Position numbers and translations under genes: made by a program. 64,000 nt of DNA from the NCBI GenBank assembly GCA_965228855.1, contig CBDDIJ010000002.1:160001-224000 (forward strand), written 5' to 3'. The DNA comes from Candidatus Obscuribacterales bacterium. Its GTDB lineage: Bacteria; Cyanobacteriota; Vampirovibrionia; Obscuribacterales; Obscuribacteraceae. Positions 1 through 10,302 of the stretch are shown piece by piece (positions within the stretch are counted from its first letter, which is position 1; each line of letters begins with the position of its first letter). A model generated the notes under the pieces. It was given only the letters and a program-made list of their open reading frames with translations. It was not told the DNA's origin and searched no databases.

Positions 1-272
1 GTCATCGCGCACGCGTCGCTGGTCAGCACCGGCGAGCGCGAGAACATGCGCACGAAGTGCTGCGCGTCATGCGGCTTGATGACCGGCATGCCGTCGATCG
101 AGCGGATGTCGGGACCACCGAACATCTGGTCTTCCTCGGTCACCACCGCGGGATTGTACGGCACCTCCTCGGTGTCGAACGGCTCGCTGCTGACGCCGTA
201 CTCGGCGATGCGGAACTCGAAGCCGTCGCCCTTGCGCGAACGGACGAGAAGAATTGCGTTGTCTGCACTCAT
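1..272 (-). CDS. Hypothetical protein, 5' part only (runs off window edge)
   Basis: ATG at 272 preceded by an AGGAGG RBS. Open frame MSADNAILLVRSRKGDGFEF... with strong GC3 bias. Not in the ORF track because it is truncated. Confidence 0.75.
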   Translation of the reverse strand, partial: MSADNAILLVRSRKGDGFEFRIAEYGVSSEPFDTEEVPYNPAVVTEEDQMFGGPDIRSIDGMPVIKPHDAQHFVRMFSRSPVLTSDACAM

Positions 273-423
273 GGTATAGCCTCCTGGTAAGGGTCTAGGT
301 TAGACAGAGCTGATGCGGTTCTACCGCCCGCTCCGCCTGCGAACAAACAAAAGGCACGCCACCGCCCATGGTGAACACGGGCGATGGCAGCTTTGGTGGC
401 TGAGCGTAAACAGCCCAGCCCGG

Positions 424-1110
424 TTACGCCGCGCACCTCTGCAGGTACGCGACATAAACCGCCTGCAGGTTGTCGGCATCCCTGCTCTCCGCTTCCGCCG
501 GCGCCAACTGCATGGCGCGGAAGATGCGGATGTACAGCTCGACCGACTCCGGGCAGCAGTCGAGGCCGCCCTTGCCGTTCGCCCGGCGATAGTCGGAACC
601 AGCCCGCGCGATGCGAAGCAGGTCCTCCTCCGTCGGGCTCGTCTCGCGGTCCAGCGCACCGGGCTGCACGAGCAGACCCTTGATGGTGAGCCCCGAGAGC
701 TGCGGAAGCGAACGCCGCTTGCCGCGATAGTCGGTGTACTGACCGAAGGACGGCTTCGAGGCGTCCTCGGACACCATCAGCCTGACGCTGATGTTGCCGA
801 CGCGACCGTGCTCGCCGCTGATGCGCAGCAGCGGGTCGTTGAGCACGTTCGGCGCCTCGGCGGCGCTGAGCACGCGCTGCGTCGCCACGGAGCGCACCGC
901 GGGCGGTGCGGACGCGACGGGCGTCTTCGTGACCTTGATCTCGCCACCCTGGTTGAAGCGGAGCGCGGCGTAGCAGCCGAGCACCTCCTGCCAGTGACGC
1001 GCCGGCGTGTAGCGAACCACCGTGCGCTCCCCATCGATGAGGAACACGGACTTCACCGAACCGAGTTCGATGACCTTCGCGCCAGTCGGGATCAGGTTGC
1101 CTGCAATCAT
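424..1110 (-). CDS. Hypothetical protein
   Basis: ORF 424..1206; likely start MIAGNLIP at 1110 with GGAG RBS. High-GC3 coding bias, no recognised motif. Confidence 0.7.
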   Translation of the reverse strand: MIAGNLIPTGAKVIELGSVKSVFLIDGERTVVRYTPARHWQEVLGCYAALRFNQGGEIKVTKTPVASAPPAVRSVATQRVLSAAEAPNVLNDPLLRISGEHGRVGNISVRLMVSEDASKPSFGQYTDYRGKRRSLPQLSGLTIKGLLVQPGALDRETSPTEEDLLRIARAGSDYRRANGKGGLDCCPESVELYIRIFRAMQLAPAEAESRDADNLQAVYVAYLQRCAA

Positions 1111-1249
1111 TGTCGTCTCCGTTGTGGATAGAAAGACACCACCACTAGCGGTGGCACCGCCAGCAGCCCGAACGGCCGCTGACGGCAGTAGCCGGGTTCT
1201 CAGCACTCAGCAGCTACGCGTGCCGCCGACCGCGCCGAATCCCCACCCG

Positions 1250-2833
1250 TCAGCAGCAGTGCTTGCCGCTGACGGTACCAACCGGACTTTCACCGGCAAC
1301 AGCTCCGCTCGCGCGAAACTGCTCGACGTGCCGCTTCAGCCACTCCAGACCGCCCGCCTCGTCGGAGAACTCCCCGCCGAGCTGAGCTTCCAGCGCAGCC
1401 TCTTTGAGCACGCCTATCGTCGGCCCCGCCTTGAACCCGTGCTCGATGATGTGCTTGCCGGTGATGAGGTGAACGGCACCAGGCCGCCTCGACGCCACCG
1501 GGTCGTTGCGCATCTCGTTCATCACGTTCAGGTAGAAGGCCATCAGCGAACTCGCAACCCGGTCAGCCCTGGGGCGTCCCGTGCCAATCGAGTCGCAGTG
1601 CTGCATCACGATCAGGTCGAACACGTCCTGCCGGTTCATCAACCGGGAGAGCCTGCTGCGCTTGATCTTCGGGTCATCGAAATCGTGCATCTGCATGTGC
1701 ATCAACACAATCTCGCGAACCCGCTTGGTGACTTCACCCGGCAGCTTCAGGCGACGGCAAATCGCCGCAGCGACCTCGGCACCTTGCTCCGCGTGCCCGT
1801 GATTGCTCACGCGGATGCGGTAAGGCAACAGCACTTGCTTCCAGCGCGGACCGACAGTGCGGCGCGCCAGCTTCCAGGTCTGGGTGCGAGGCTTGGCGAT
1901 GTCGTGCAGCAGCAGCGCGAGCCGCAGCGGGAACGACACCAGGCTAGCCTCGATGCTGGAGGTCAGAAACTCGTCGCCGGCAAACGCCGCCAGCTTCTCG
2001 TCCAACCCCTCGCGCGACGCCGAAGCGTTGACCACCTGGCGCGTGTGCTCCCAGGCAGAACCCTCCGGGTGCCAGTAGGGATCCTGGAACCCCTTGAGGC
2101 TCCGCATCGGCAGCATCTCCGGCAGAATCTCCTTCATCAGCCCCGTCTCCATCAGGAGGTCGAGACCGACAACCGGAGCCTTGCTCGTGAGGATGCCCTT
2201 CAGCTCGTTCGCGATACGCTCCCAGGCGACGATGACGCCAGGCTTGAGTTCAGGCGCGAACTGTTTCAGTGCCGACAGCAAAGCGGCGTCGACCTTGAAA
2301 CCGAGCTTGGCTGCGAAACGCACAACGCGCAACATCCGCAGCCGGTCTTCCTTGAAGCGCAGAACCGGGTCACCGACCGAGCGGATGATGCGGTTCTTGA
2401 TGTCGTCGCGCCCACCGAAGAAGTCGAAGATTTCGCCGGAGACCGGGTCTTCGAACATCGCGTTGATGGTGAGGTCGCGCCGAGCAGCGTCGCCCTTCAG
2501 CGCCTCGCGCCAGTCGCAGTCCGTGAGGAGCGTGACCGAGTCGGGGCGCCGAGCGTCGCCGTACTGACCGTCGTTGCGGAAGGTGGCCACTTCGACCTGA
2601 ACCTTCTCGCGAACGACGACGATGACACCGAACGCCTCGCCGACGAAGATGCAGTGGTCGTCAGCGAAGATGCGTTTGATTTCGTCGGGGTGGGCGTTGG
2701 TCGCGACGTCGTAGTCCTTCGGTTCGACACCGAGGAAACCGTCACGAACACAACCGCCTGCGAACACCCCGACATGACCTGCGGCCTGCAACTGTCTGGC
2801 GACAGCCGCGGCGATTTCTCTGGCATGTGACAT
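1250..2833 (-). CDS. cca: Class II tRNA nucleotidyltransferase (CCA-adding/poly(A) polymerase family) with HD domain
   Basis: Motifs GGCVRD..DYDVAT, EVATFR, RRDLTINAM and RFKEDRLRMLR. HD-domain motifs HPEG..WEHT and LLHDIAKP. AAGGAG RBS. Confidence 0.9.
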   Translation of the reverse strand: MSHAREIAAAVARQLQAAGHVGVFAGGCVRDGFLGVEPKDYDVATNAHPDEIKRIFADDHCIFVGEAFGVIVVVREKVQVEVATFRNDGQYGDARRPDSVTLLTDCDWREALKGDAARRDLTINAMFEDPVSGEIFDFFGGRDDIKNRIIRSVGDPVLRFKEDRLRMLRVVRFAAKLGFKVDAALLSALKQFAPELKPGVIVAWERIANELKGILTSKAPVVGLDLLMETGLMKEILPEMLPMRSLKGFQDPYWHPEGSAWEHTRQVVNASASREGLDEKLAAFAGDEFLTSSIEASLVSFPLRLALLLHDIAKPRTQTWKLARRTVGPRWKQVLLPYRIRVSNHGHAEQGAEVAAAICRRLKLPGEVTKRVREIVLMHMQMHDFDDPKIKRSRLSRLMNRQDVFDLIVMQHCDSIGTGRPRADRVASSLMAFYLNVMNEMRNDPVASRRPGAVHLITGKHIIEHGFKAGPTIGVLKEAALEAQLGGEFSDEAGGLEWLKRHVEQFRASGAVAGESPVGTVSGKHCC

Positions 2834-3257
2834 ACTGGGCTCCTTTCTGGCTTGTTAAGCGGAAAGCTAAAAAGAGCAAGCCGACGAGAAGCCACGCACC
2901 GAGCGAGTCTTCATAGTCGTCTGGCATTCGCGCGTACAACTCCACTCGTCAAAGACAAGTGAAGAAGCGTTTGAACTGGTGATTAGCCGCTCTGTTTGAG
3001 TTGAATTCCGTGGTTTGAATAAGAGAGATATCTCAACCTAATGAAATTCGGTTCATGAACACAAACAAAACCTCGTTGAATTAATCCGGCTCATGGTTTT
3101 AAACTCACTCGCTCATACGTGGTTCTCACACTGAGATCGAATTTGCGCTTACGCTAGGTCGCGCGCCATTTAATCTAATTTCCTTTCGCCTCTAAAAAAA
3201 CACTCGCGACCGTTTATGATTCTTGGTCACAACGATAATCAAAGCTCAGGAGCCTAT

Positions 3258-3788
3258 ATGAAATCACCTGGATTCTTACCCGCGCTAGCTACGTTGCTCG
3301 TGCTCAGCGCTGCGCCGTCGGCAAACTCGCAAGGCGCAACCGTCGGCGTCGACAATCTGCCAGACTCGGGCACGTACTTCATCGTCAGCGCCGAAAGCAA
3401 AGAAGCGCTCCAGCCGGTCGCCGGCACCGCCGGTCAAAACGTTTTCCTCTACGAGCACAACTCGAGCGGCATGCAAAAGTGGGTCGTCACGCGCAAAATC
3501 GATCCGAAGACCAAGAAGCCCATGAACCGCTACTCAATCCGCCTCGCCGGCGAAAACAACGACCTCTATCTGCAGCCCTTCCCCGCTCCGGACCACACGT
3601 GCATGATTAGCAGCGGCGTGTCGGCATTCTCGCTGGTTCCCACGGCTGGTTCGTACGTGATCAAAAGTGCCGCCCAAAACGGCGACGCGCTCTACATCTC
3701 GCCCAATCCGCCGGTTCAAACAGAAGCGCGTTTCGGTCCTGCTGACGGGTCGCAGAAATTCAGCTGGGATTTCATTCCTGCCAACTAG
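3258..3788 (+). CDS. Secreted protein, probable ricin-B/beta-trefoil lectin-like domain
   Basis: Signal peptide (LATLLVLSAAPSANS), Q-x-W/F repeats (MQKW, SQKF), GTYFIVS and YVIKS strands. AGGAG RBS. Confidence 0.65.
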   Translation: MKSPGFLPALATLLVLSAAPSANSQGATVGVDNLPDSGTYFIVSAESKEALQPVAGTAGQNVFLYEHNSSGMQKWVVTRKIDPKTKKPMNRYSIRLAGENNDLYLQPFPAPDHTCMISSGVSAFSLVPTAGSYVIKSAAQNGDALYISPNPPVQTEARFGPADGSQKFSWDFIPAN

Positions 3789-3871
3789 CCCAGCGAACGC
3801 CCATCGTCACCCTCGCCCTGCAAGCCTCGCCGCGACCGTCGTGCCGGTCGCTCGTCACTGACTGCTCGTCG

Positions 3872-4277
3872 CCCAGTGTGGAAAACAGGCCATCTTTGCA
3901 TCGATTTTGGATCGGTTTTTCACACACTGGTCCGCAGACAGTTGGTTCGCTAGTGGACTTCATCCCCGCCAACTAGCCAGAGGCGAACAGCCGACTGCGC
4001 TCAACCAATGTGTAGAAAACAGGCCATCTTTGCATCGATTTTGGATCGATTTTTCACACACTGGTCCGCAAACAGTTGGGTTCGCCAGTGGGGCCATAGT
4101 CAGCGCTCAACCAGTGTGTAGAAAACAGGCCATCTTTGCATCGATTTTGGATCGGTTTTTCACACACTGGTCCGCAAACAGCTGGTTCGCCAGTGGGGCC
4201 ATGGTCTGCTCGTCGCCCAGTGTGTAGAAAACAGGCCATCTTTGCATCGATTTTGGATCGGTTTTCTGCACACCTGG
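3872..4277. repeat. Four tandem copies of a ~60-bp hairpin-forming repeat
   Basis: Core CCAGTGTGTAGAAAACAGGCCATCTTTGCATCGATTTTGGATCGGTTTTTCACACACTGG. GAAAAC starts at 3881, 4015, 4121 and 4227 (spacing 134/106/106). Terminal arms are self-complementary. Confidence 0.9.
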
Positions 4278-4498
4278 AAATTCACGGGTCAACATCGGTG
4301 CCCGAAACCCGAAAACACCGATCCACTATCTCTTTTAGTATACGCACCACCGGTAGTGACAATCAGAAGTGGCAAAGGTTAGACCGCCTGAACGTCTCTG
4401 ATTAGCAAACCCGACAAACCTGCGCGCACACTTCGAGACCCGGTCAGGGGACGGCAACACGCAGTCGCCGCCCCATGTTTCGCAATCGAGCGTTCTGC

Positions 4499-4813
4499 TC
4501 AGATGTCGTTCGGTGCCTTGACGTTGGCGCCGAATCCGATGTCGGGGTACTTCGCCATCATGCTGGCATGATCGGAGAAGTGCTCCCAAGTCACGCCGTA
4601 TCGATTCTCCGAAACCGCCTTGCGGGTCGGAGCGCAGGACCAGAGCAACGTGCTCCACTCCCCATGCGGCGCGCGGGTGTATTTGCACTTTCCGTTCATG
4701 ATGCAGACAGCCTCGTAGAGCTGTCCATTCATGCTGGCGAGCCAGTAGCCCATGTCAGGAAGCCGCGCGAGCTGCTTTTCCGTGAACGTCTTAAGTTTCG
4801 CCTTTGCAGGCAT
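4499..4813 (-). CDS. Hypothetical protein (104 aa)
   Basis: ATG with AGAGGGAAG upstream; coding-like composition. Confidence 0.65.
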   Translation of the reverse strand: MPAKAKLKTFTEKQLARLPDMGYWLASMNGQLYEAVCIMNGKCKYTRAPHGEWSTLLWSCAPTRKAVSENRYGVTWEHFSDHASMMAKYPDIGFGANVKAPNDI

Positions 4814-4895
4814 GCAGATCTTCCCTCTGTTTTGCGAGCTTGAAAGACGAGCCCGCGTGTTAAAAGCTACATACGGCGAGTTCGCGTCTTGCGAG

Positions 4896-5489
4896 CTACG
4901 CGTTCTGCATGCAGCTCGGTCCAGTTTCAGCCTTTTCTTCGGAGTCGCGCGCGTCGTCCAGGTAGATGGCGGCGATGCGGCGCTTGCACTGCGCGCTCAT
5001 CTTGTGCCACTTGCTGAACTGCGGGTGGTTGTAGGTCCGCGGACCAGGCGAGCACTTGCCCGCGAAGACCTCGGCGAGATACAGCGCCTGCTTCGCAAAC
5101 TCGACGCGATAGCGCGGTCCGTTGCGATAGTTGCCGGGCTCGAACTCGAACGAGCTGGCGCGCAGCAGTTCCGTCACCAGACGCGCACCGAGATTGAGCG
5201 TGCGGAGCGCTTGCCGAAGCTCGCGACGCTTGATGCCCTCGGCATACTCGAAGTCGGGTCCCTGGGAGTATGCGTCGCGCATCACGTCCCAGATGACGGA
5301 CTGCGCCTCGCCGAGCGTGATGAATTTCTCGCGCAGACCGTGGTTGTGCTGCTGCTCGGTGCCGATCGTTGCGATGAACTGCTCGATGTCGCGCTCCGCT
5401 TTGTCGTTGAGTGCTTTCAGCACCTTGTCGGCGTCGACGAGGGTCTCACGAAGGGCGGCGATGACGGGATTCGGACGGTAAAAGGTCAA
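4896..5489 (-). CDS. Hypothetical helical protein; start uncertain (TTG at 5489 chosen)
   Basis: ORF 4896..5657; the high-GC3 coding signal begins near LTFYRPNP. Confidence 0.6.
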   Translation of the reverse strand: MTFYRPNPVIAALRETLVDADKVLKALNDKAERDIEQFIATIGTEQQHNHGLREKFITLGEAQSVIWDVMRDAYSQGPDFEYAEGIKRRELRQALRTLNLGARLVTELLRASSFEFEPGNYRNGPRYRVEFAKQALYLAEVFAGKCSPGPRTYNHPQFSKWHKMSAQCKRRIAAIYLDDARDSEEKAETGPSCMQNA

Positions 5490-5909
5490 TTGCTTGTTCC
5501 ATCTGTTGGCCGGACTGAGTCTCGGCGTTGGGGTTTCGTTGTTCTGTGAAAAACCGCTTGCAGCGCTGCTTTTGCACAGGATTGTCCCCACCGACTTTCC
5601 GATAAAACCGCGAACGCTCGCACTCAATGCCGACAGCTGGTCTCGGCGGAGCCACAAATGTGGGTCGAAGACGAAATCAGGTTGGCGGGATGAATGGTCT
5701 GGGCTGGCGGAAATTGGGTGGATGTAAAGTGCGGAGAATCACCTATGCCTAACAGACTCAAGAGAAACACTTCAAGTAACAACACCAGTAACAATGTTCC
5801 GATCACGTAACACAAAAACATGCCTACTAGATCATACAGGACCTCGCCTCGACGGAGACACAGACCCGATAAGGGCTTTCGGCATCACCGTTTCAGCAGA
5901 CAGTTTCGT

Positions 5910-5961
5910 TGTCTACGGTGCGATGACGGAATTCGGAAATTCCGGCATCGCACGATAGACA
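5910..5961. repeat. 52-bp four-box element, copy R1
   Basis: TGTCTA cggtgcg ATGACG gaattcggaaattc CGGCAT cgcacga TAGACA. Confidence 0.9.
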
Positions 5962-6025
5962 GATACGGTCAATCGCTAGAGGTCGCTAGCTAGCACACCC
6001 GCGGATTACACGCGGCAGCTGTTCG

Positions 6026-8923
6026 TTACACGCGGCAGCCGTGTGTGATCAGGTCGAGGCGGTCGGCAACCACTTCGGCGCTGATGTTGACGACGAGCTG
6101 CTGGTCGCGACGAATCGCCTCTTCCAGCGTGCTGATGCGGGTGCGGTCCTGGGCGACCTCGGTTTCGAGACTGGTGACGGTGGTCTCGTTGCTGGTGACG
6201 ACGGTGGTGAGCTGCTCGACGCGCTCACGGCTGACGCGGACCTTCTCGGTCAGACGAGCGATGGTGTCCTCGCCGGTCGCGACCTTCTGGGTGAGCTGCG
6301 TGACGGTGGTCTCGCCGGTCGCGATAGCGGTGTTCAGGTTCGCGATGCAGGTTTCGGTCTCGCGAATCTGAACGGAGACGCGCTCGATGTTGGTGCGGTC
6401 GGCGGCGACTTCGCCCTCGAGCCGGGTGACGGTGGTCTGGTCGCAGGCGACGACTTCAGTCAGGCGGGTCACTTCGGTGCGGTCACCGTTGACTTCGCAC
6501 TCGAGCTGGTTGACGACGGTGCGGTCCTGAGCGACCTCGCAGGTCAGCCGGGCGACAGTCGCTTCGTCGACGCAGATCTGCTGGCCGATGGTCACGATGC
6601 ACTCCTCACCTTCGCGGATCTCGGTCTCCAAACGGGTGATGTTGGTGCGATCGTTCGTGATCGCGGTGGTGGCGTTGGTGACGCGGGTCTGGTCGTTCGA
6701 AACGACCGTGGTCAGCCGGTCGACCTCGGTGCGATCGCAAGCGACGATGTCTTCGAGACGCGTCACTTCGCACTGGTCGACGCGAACGACCTCGGTGAGC
6801 TGGTCGACGACGCACTGGTCCTCACGGACCTCGCCCTGCCACTTCGTCACTTCCTCGCGGTCCGCGCAGACCTCCTGCTCGAGCCGGGTGATGTCCTCCT
6901 TGTCGGTCTGGATCTCATGCCGCAGCCGGTCGATGGTGCACTTGCCCTCCTCGATCTCGCGGCGGTCCTGCTCGATCTCGCAGTCGTCCTGCGCGATGTT
7001 AGCCAAACCGACGCAGATCTCGGTACGCAGCCGGGTGACCTCGCTCGGGTCCGCGCAGGGCTGCTTCAGCAGGTCTTCCAGCTCCTTCGTGTCCTTGAGG
7101 AGCTCGGTGCGATTCTCGTGGCGGCGCTGACGGTCGGTCTTGAGCTCCTCCTTGTCGCGCGCGAGTTCCTCGCGAGCGGCGGTGAGGTCGGTCTCGTCCT
7201 TGATCAGCTCTTGGCGGGCGCCGGCGAGATCGTGCTCGTCCTCGGTCAGCTCAGCCTGCGCGCCATTGAGCGCCGCCTGATCGCGACCGAGTTCGGCTTG
7301 CGCCTCGGTGAGCGCCGCCTGATCCGTGCTCAGGGTCTGGCGCGCCGTGGCGAGCAGCTGCTCATCGGAGGTGAGCTTGCCCTGCGCGGTGGCCAACAGA
7401 GCGGTATCGCGGGTGAGGTCACTCTGGGCGGTCACCAGCTCGCCTTGGTGACGCACCAGGTCGCTCTGCGTCTGAGCCAGCTCGGCGCGATCGGCGTTGA
7501 GCTCCGTCGTCTTGCGACCGAGCAGTTCGCGGTCCGCGACCAGCTGCCCTTGCGCGGCGGTCAAGTCGGTTTTGTCCTTGGTCAGCTCGAGCCGAGCAAG
7601 GCGCAGCGCCTCTTCGTCGCGAGCCAACTCGTCGTTGGCGCGGGTGAGCAGGAGCTGGTCGGCGGTGAGCTGGTCACGGGCCGTGCCGAGCGCCGCTTCG
7701 TCGGCGGACAGTTCGCCCTGGTAGGTGGCGAGCTGCCCCTGCTGGGTGAGGAGCAGGGTCTGCTTGACCGAGAGAGTCTGGCGATCGGTCGCCAGCTGCG
7801 ACTGCGCCGTAGTCAGGCTCTGGCGGTCCGTGGTGAGCTGCGTCTGCGCACCGGTCAGGGACGTCTGGTCGGTGGTCAGCTGCGACTGCGCGCCGGTGAG
7901 CTGAACGCGGTTGCCAGCGAGCACGGTGCGCCAGTGGTCGAGCGCCGTGACGTCGATGGTGAGTTCGCCCTGCGCGTCGGTCAGCGCGGTCTGGTTGCCG
8001 TAGAGGTCCTGGAAAACCTCGTCGAGGGCGTCGAGGTCACGCCCGAGTTCGGCGCGCAGGTCCGAGCATTCCCCGTCCGCACAGTTGCCGTTACCGGGCT
8101 GACCGTTCGGCGGGCAGTTCGCCGGCGGCTGTGGCTGCCCGGTCGGCGGGCAGTAAACGACCGGCGGCTGCGGCCGCGGACCACCGTTCGGTCCGCAGTC
8201 CACACGGATGGGGGTGTAGTCGCAGTCCCAGTTGCCGCGCGCCGGCGCGACACCGCACGCGGTACCAGCCGGCGAGCCGTCCTGGTTGACCTTGACGAGG
8301 TTCGGGCCGACGTCCCAGGTCGGAACGTTCTCCTGGCTCGTGATGGTAGTCGTGCGGTTGTCCACGGAGATGCGCTTGTTCGCGCCGTAGTCCGTGATCA
8401 CCGTCGTGATGATGTCGGAGTTCTTCGCGACCGCGTCCATCTTTATGAACGTCCCGTCGCCCAGCACGAGCGTCCGCTGCGTCGTTGTCCAGTCCGTCGT
8501 GACGCCGTTCGCGTCTTCGTGGGGGTCGCCCCACTCGCGAACTTCCTGCTCGCCGCACGGGTTCTTGATGGTCACCGTCGAGCCGGTGATGTTGATGTTG
8601 TAGCCACCGCTGGTGGTGTAGCTGATCGGCTGACCGGCCGCAGTCTGCGAAAACTGACCGTCGCACTGGGTCTGAGTCTGGATAGGCGCGGTGTTGCAGT
8701 TGGTCGGGCGGCAGATCTGCACCTGCTCGGCCTCGAGCCGGATGTCGCCGACGCGCCCCACGAGCCCGCCGAGCTGGCCGAACTCGTTGACGAACCCGAC
8801 GGTCGGCACTTCGCGCGACTCCAGGTTCTCCACGCGCAGCCCGCGCACCGCGCGGCTCTTGGCGGGGTTGTTGATAAGCGAGGTCTTCTTCTTGCTGCCG
8901 AACAATTTGTTGAACAGGTTCAT
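6026..8923 (-). CDS. Large extracellular-type protein: LEPR-XLL-like N-terminal motif, DUF1521-like WGDPH domain and ~670-aa coiled coil
   Basis: RGLRVENLESREVP motif; VREWGDPH...TLVLGDGTFI; Pro/Cys linker; long heptad/14-residue repeats. Confidence 0.8.
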   Translation of the reverse strand: MNLFNKLFGSKKKTSLINNPAKSRAVRGLRVENLESREVPTVGFVNEFGQLGGLVGRVGDIRLEAEQVQICRPTNCNTAPIQTQTQCDGQFSQTAAGQPISYTTSGGYNINITGSTVTIKNPCGEQEVREWGDPHEDANGVTTDWTTTQRTLVLGDGTFIKMDAVAKNSDIITTVITDYGANKRISVDNRTTTITSQENVPTWDVGPNLVKVNQDGSPAGTACGVAPARGNWDCDYTPIRVDCGPNGGPRPQPPVVYCPPTGQPQPPANCPPNGQPGNGNCADGECSDLRAELGRDLDALDEVFQDLYGNQTALTDAQGELTIDVTALDHWRTVLAGNRVQLTGAQSQLTTDQTSLTGAQTQLTTDRQSLTTAQSQLATDRQTLSVKQTLLLTQQGQLATYQGELSADEAALGTARDQLTADQLLLTRANDELARDEEALRLARLELTKDKTDLTAAQGQLVADRELLGRKTTELNADRAELAQTQSDLVRHQGELVTAQSDLTRDTALLATAQGKLTSDEQLLATARQTLSTDQAALTEAQAELGRDQAALNGAQAELTEDEHDLAGARQELIKDETDLTAAREELARDKEELKTDRQRRHENRTELLKDTKELEDLLKQPCADPSEVTRLRTEICVGLANIAQDDCEIEQDRREIEEGKCTIDRLRHEIQTDKEDITRLEQEVCADREEVTKWQGEVREDQCVVDQLTEVVRVDQCEVTRLEDIVACDRTEVDRLTTVVSNDQTRVTNATTAITNDRTNITRLETEIREGEECIVTIGQQICVDEATVARLTCEVAQDRTVVNQLECEVNGDRTEVTRLTEVVACDQTTVTRLEGEVAADRTNIERVSVQIRETETCIANLNTAIATGETTVTQLTQKVATGEDTIARLTEKVRVSRERVEQLTTVVTSNETTVTSLETEVAQDRTRISTLEEAIRRDQQLVVNISAEVVADRLDLITHGCRV

Positions 8924-9904
8924 GTTGATCCCTGAGATGATCCTTCTCTGTCGAGGTGATAGCCACCATAGCTACCGACCTTTGGAACTGATGCGAGAGG
9001 CAGCACGGGCTCACACGCCGCCTTTGGACAGTTGGCTTGTCGAATGGGAAACACACGCGACTCCATGCATTGAACGCAGAAGCCCATGTCAACACCATCT
9101 CGACACGATCATCATCACGAGGCAACTCGGTCGAAAAGCCTGAACACGGTTTGTCCAACTCATTAGGTCGAACGGTTCAGTAGTGGCTCTTCGCTGGAGT
9201 TCTAGGGATCGAGTCAGGCGCCTACCTCCTTTGGATAGCGCCGGAATGATAGTACCCAATGCCGCCTGGCGAGCCGCTCTTCTCAGGAGCGCTCATAGCC
9301 TGATGAAATTCCGAACCGGGGTTTAGTGCCGCCGTGTTTTGCGCGCCTGACCTCAAAAGGCGCATAGCAAGCCGAACGGTGGAAACGGTTTGTCGACGCA
9401 TATTGAAGGTGATTGAACCACCTTCGCGTAAAACAACCTCTCCGCCAACGCAATTTGACGCTCCAGAGCAGGTTTGAAACCACTTGCAACGGATGTGCAT
9501 GTCCGCGCAATCAGTATCAATACCAGTGCACTCCCCGGAGCATCACGAACGCAATCGCCACACAAGAGAGGGAATGGCCAAATTCTCTCTCTGACAGTAG
9601 AATCGAAACCCGAGCAACACCGGCACCACTGACGGTGCGCTCGGAGTTATCGATTCAATCTGCCTGTGGTGCTGGTGGCGGCTTATGTCCTAAATTGCGT
9701 GGGCGGAAAAGTTGCATTCAAATTCGCAAAGAAGCGTAACGCGTTGCAAGCCCAGGGCGTTTCCACTGACATTTGTTTACCAACAATTGCTTCGCAACGC
9801 GTTACGTTCTCACATTTGATATTGACCGAATCCCGACACGATGACGGTTTTGAAAGACCGAAAGCAATATCCCTCGCGCAATCGATTCAACTGACTCTAG
9901 TAGT

Positions 9905-10056
9905 TGCAAATAAGTTTGCAGTTTTCTGACCAAATCCTGCAATCTAGTTTGCAGCATACCTCTCACAACCATCCGATCGCACTAAATACACTTCAATTTC
10001 AGGTCGCTGCAATTTTGATTGCAGTTTTAAGCACAAAAGCTGCAATCAAACTTGCA
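9905..10056. promoter_or_regulatory. Quartet of TGCAA-N6-TTGCA palindromes (putative protein-binding array)
   Basis: Sites start at 9905, 9938, 10008 and 10041 (spacing 33/70/33). Confidence 0.7.
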
Positions 10057-10302
10057 GGTCTCAGCTTTGATTTCTCTCGGTGATATGCACGCCTGACGCG
10101 ATGCGTGATGGGACAGTTTGCACAGAGTTGCGTGAGGGTCAGCTTGGACAGAGTCTGCGTGCTGCGGACGCCGCCCTCTATCTACATTCGATAGTAGCAG
10201 TTGGATAAAAAATTGCCGTGCGAGGATGCCACGGCGAACGGACGGATTCACTTGCGTGAATCGTACGGATGATTCATCTAATTATTCAGGCAGCAGCTGC
10301 TC

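Noticed and set aside
3872..4277. Possible CRISPR array
   Set aside because: Repeats are too long, linkers are not unique and are related to each other, and no cas genes are present.
6041..8935. 964-aa plus-strand ORF, and similar long antisense ORFs (1022..2830, 20285..21766, 29359..31512, 48791..50758, 56603..58495, 60396..62630)
   Set aside because: Shadow frames of high-GC3 genes on the opposite strand; no motifs or RBS.
9222..9929. Several short overlapping ORFs
   Set aside because: No consistent coding bias, RBS or motif in any frame.
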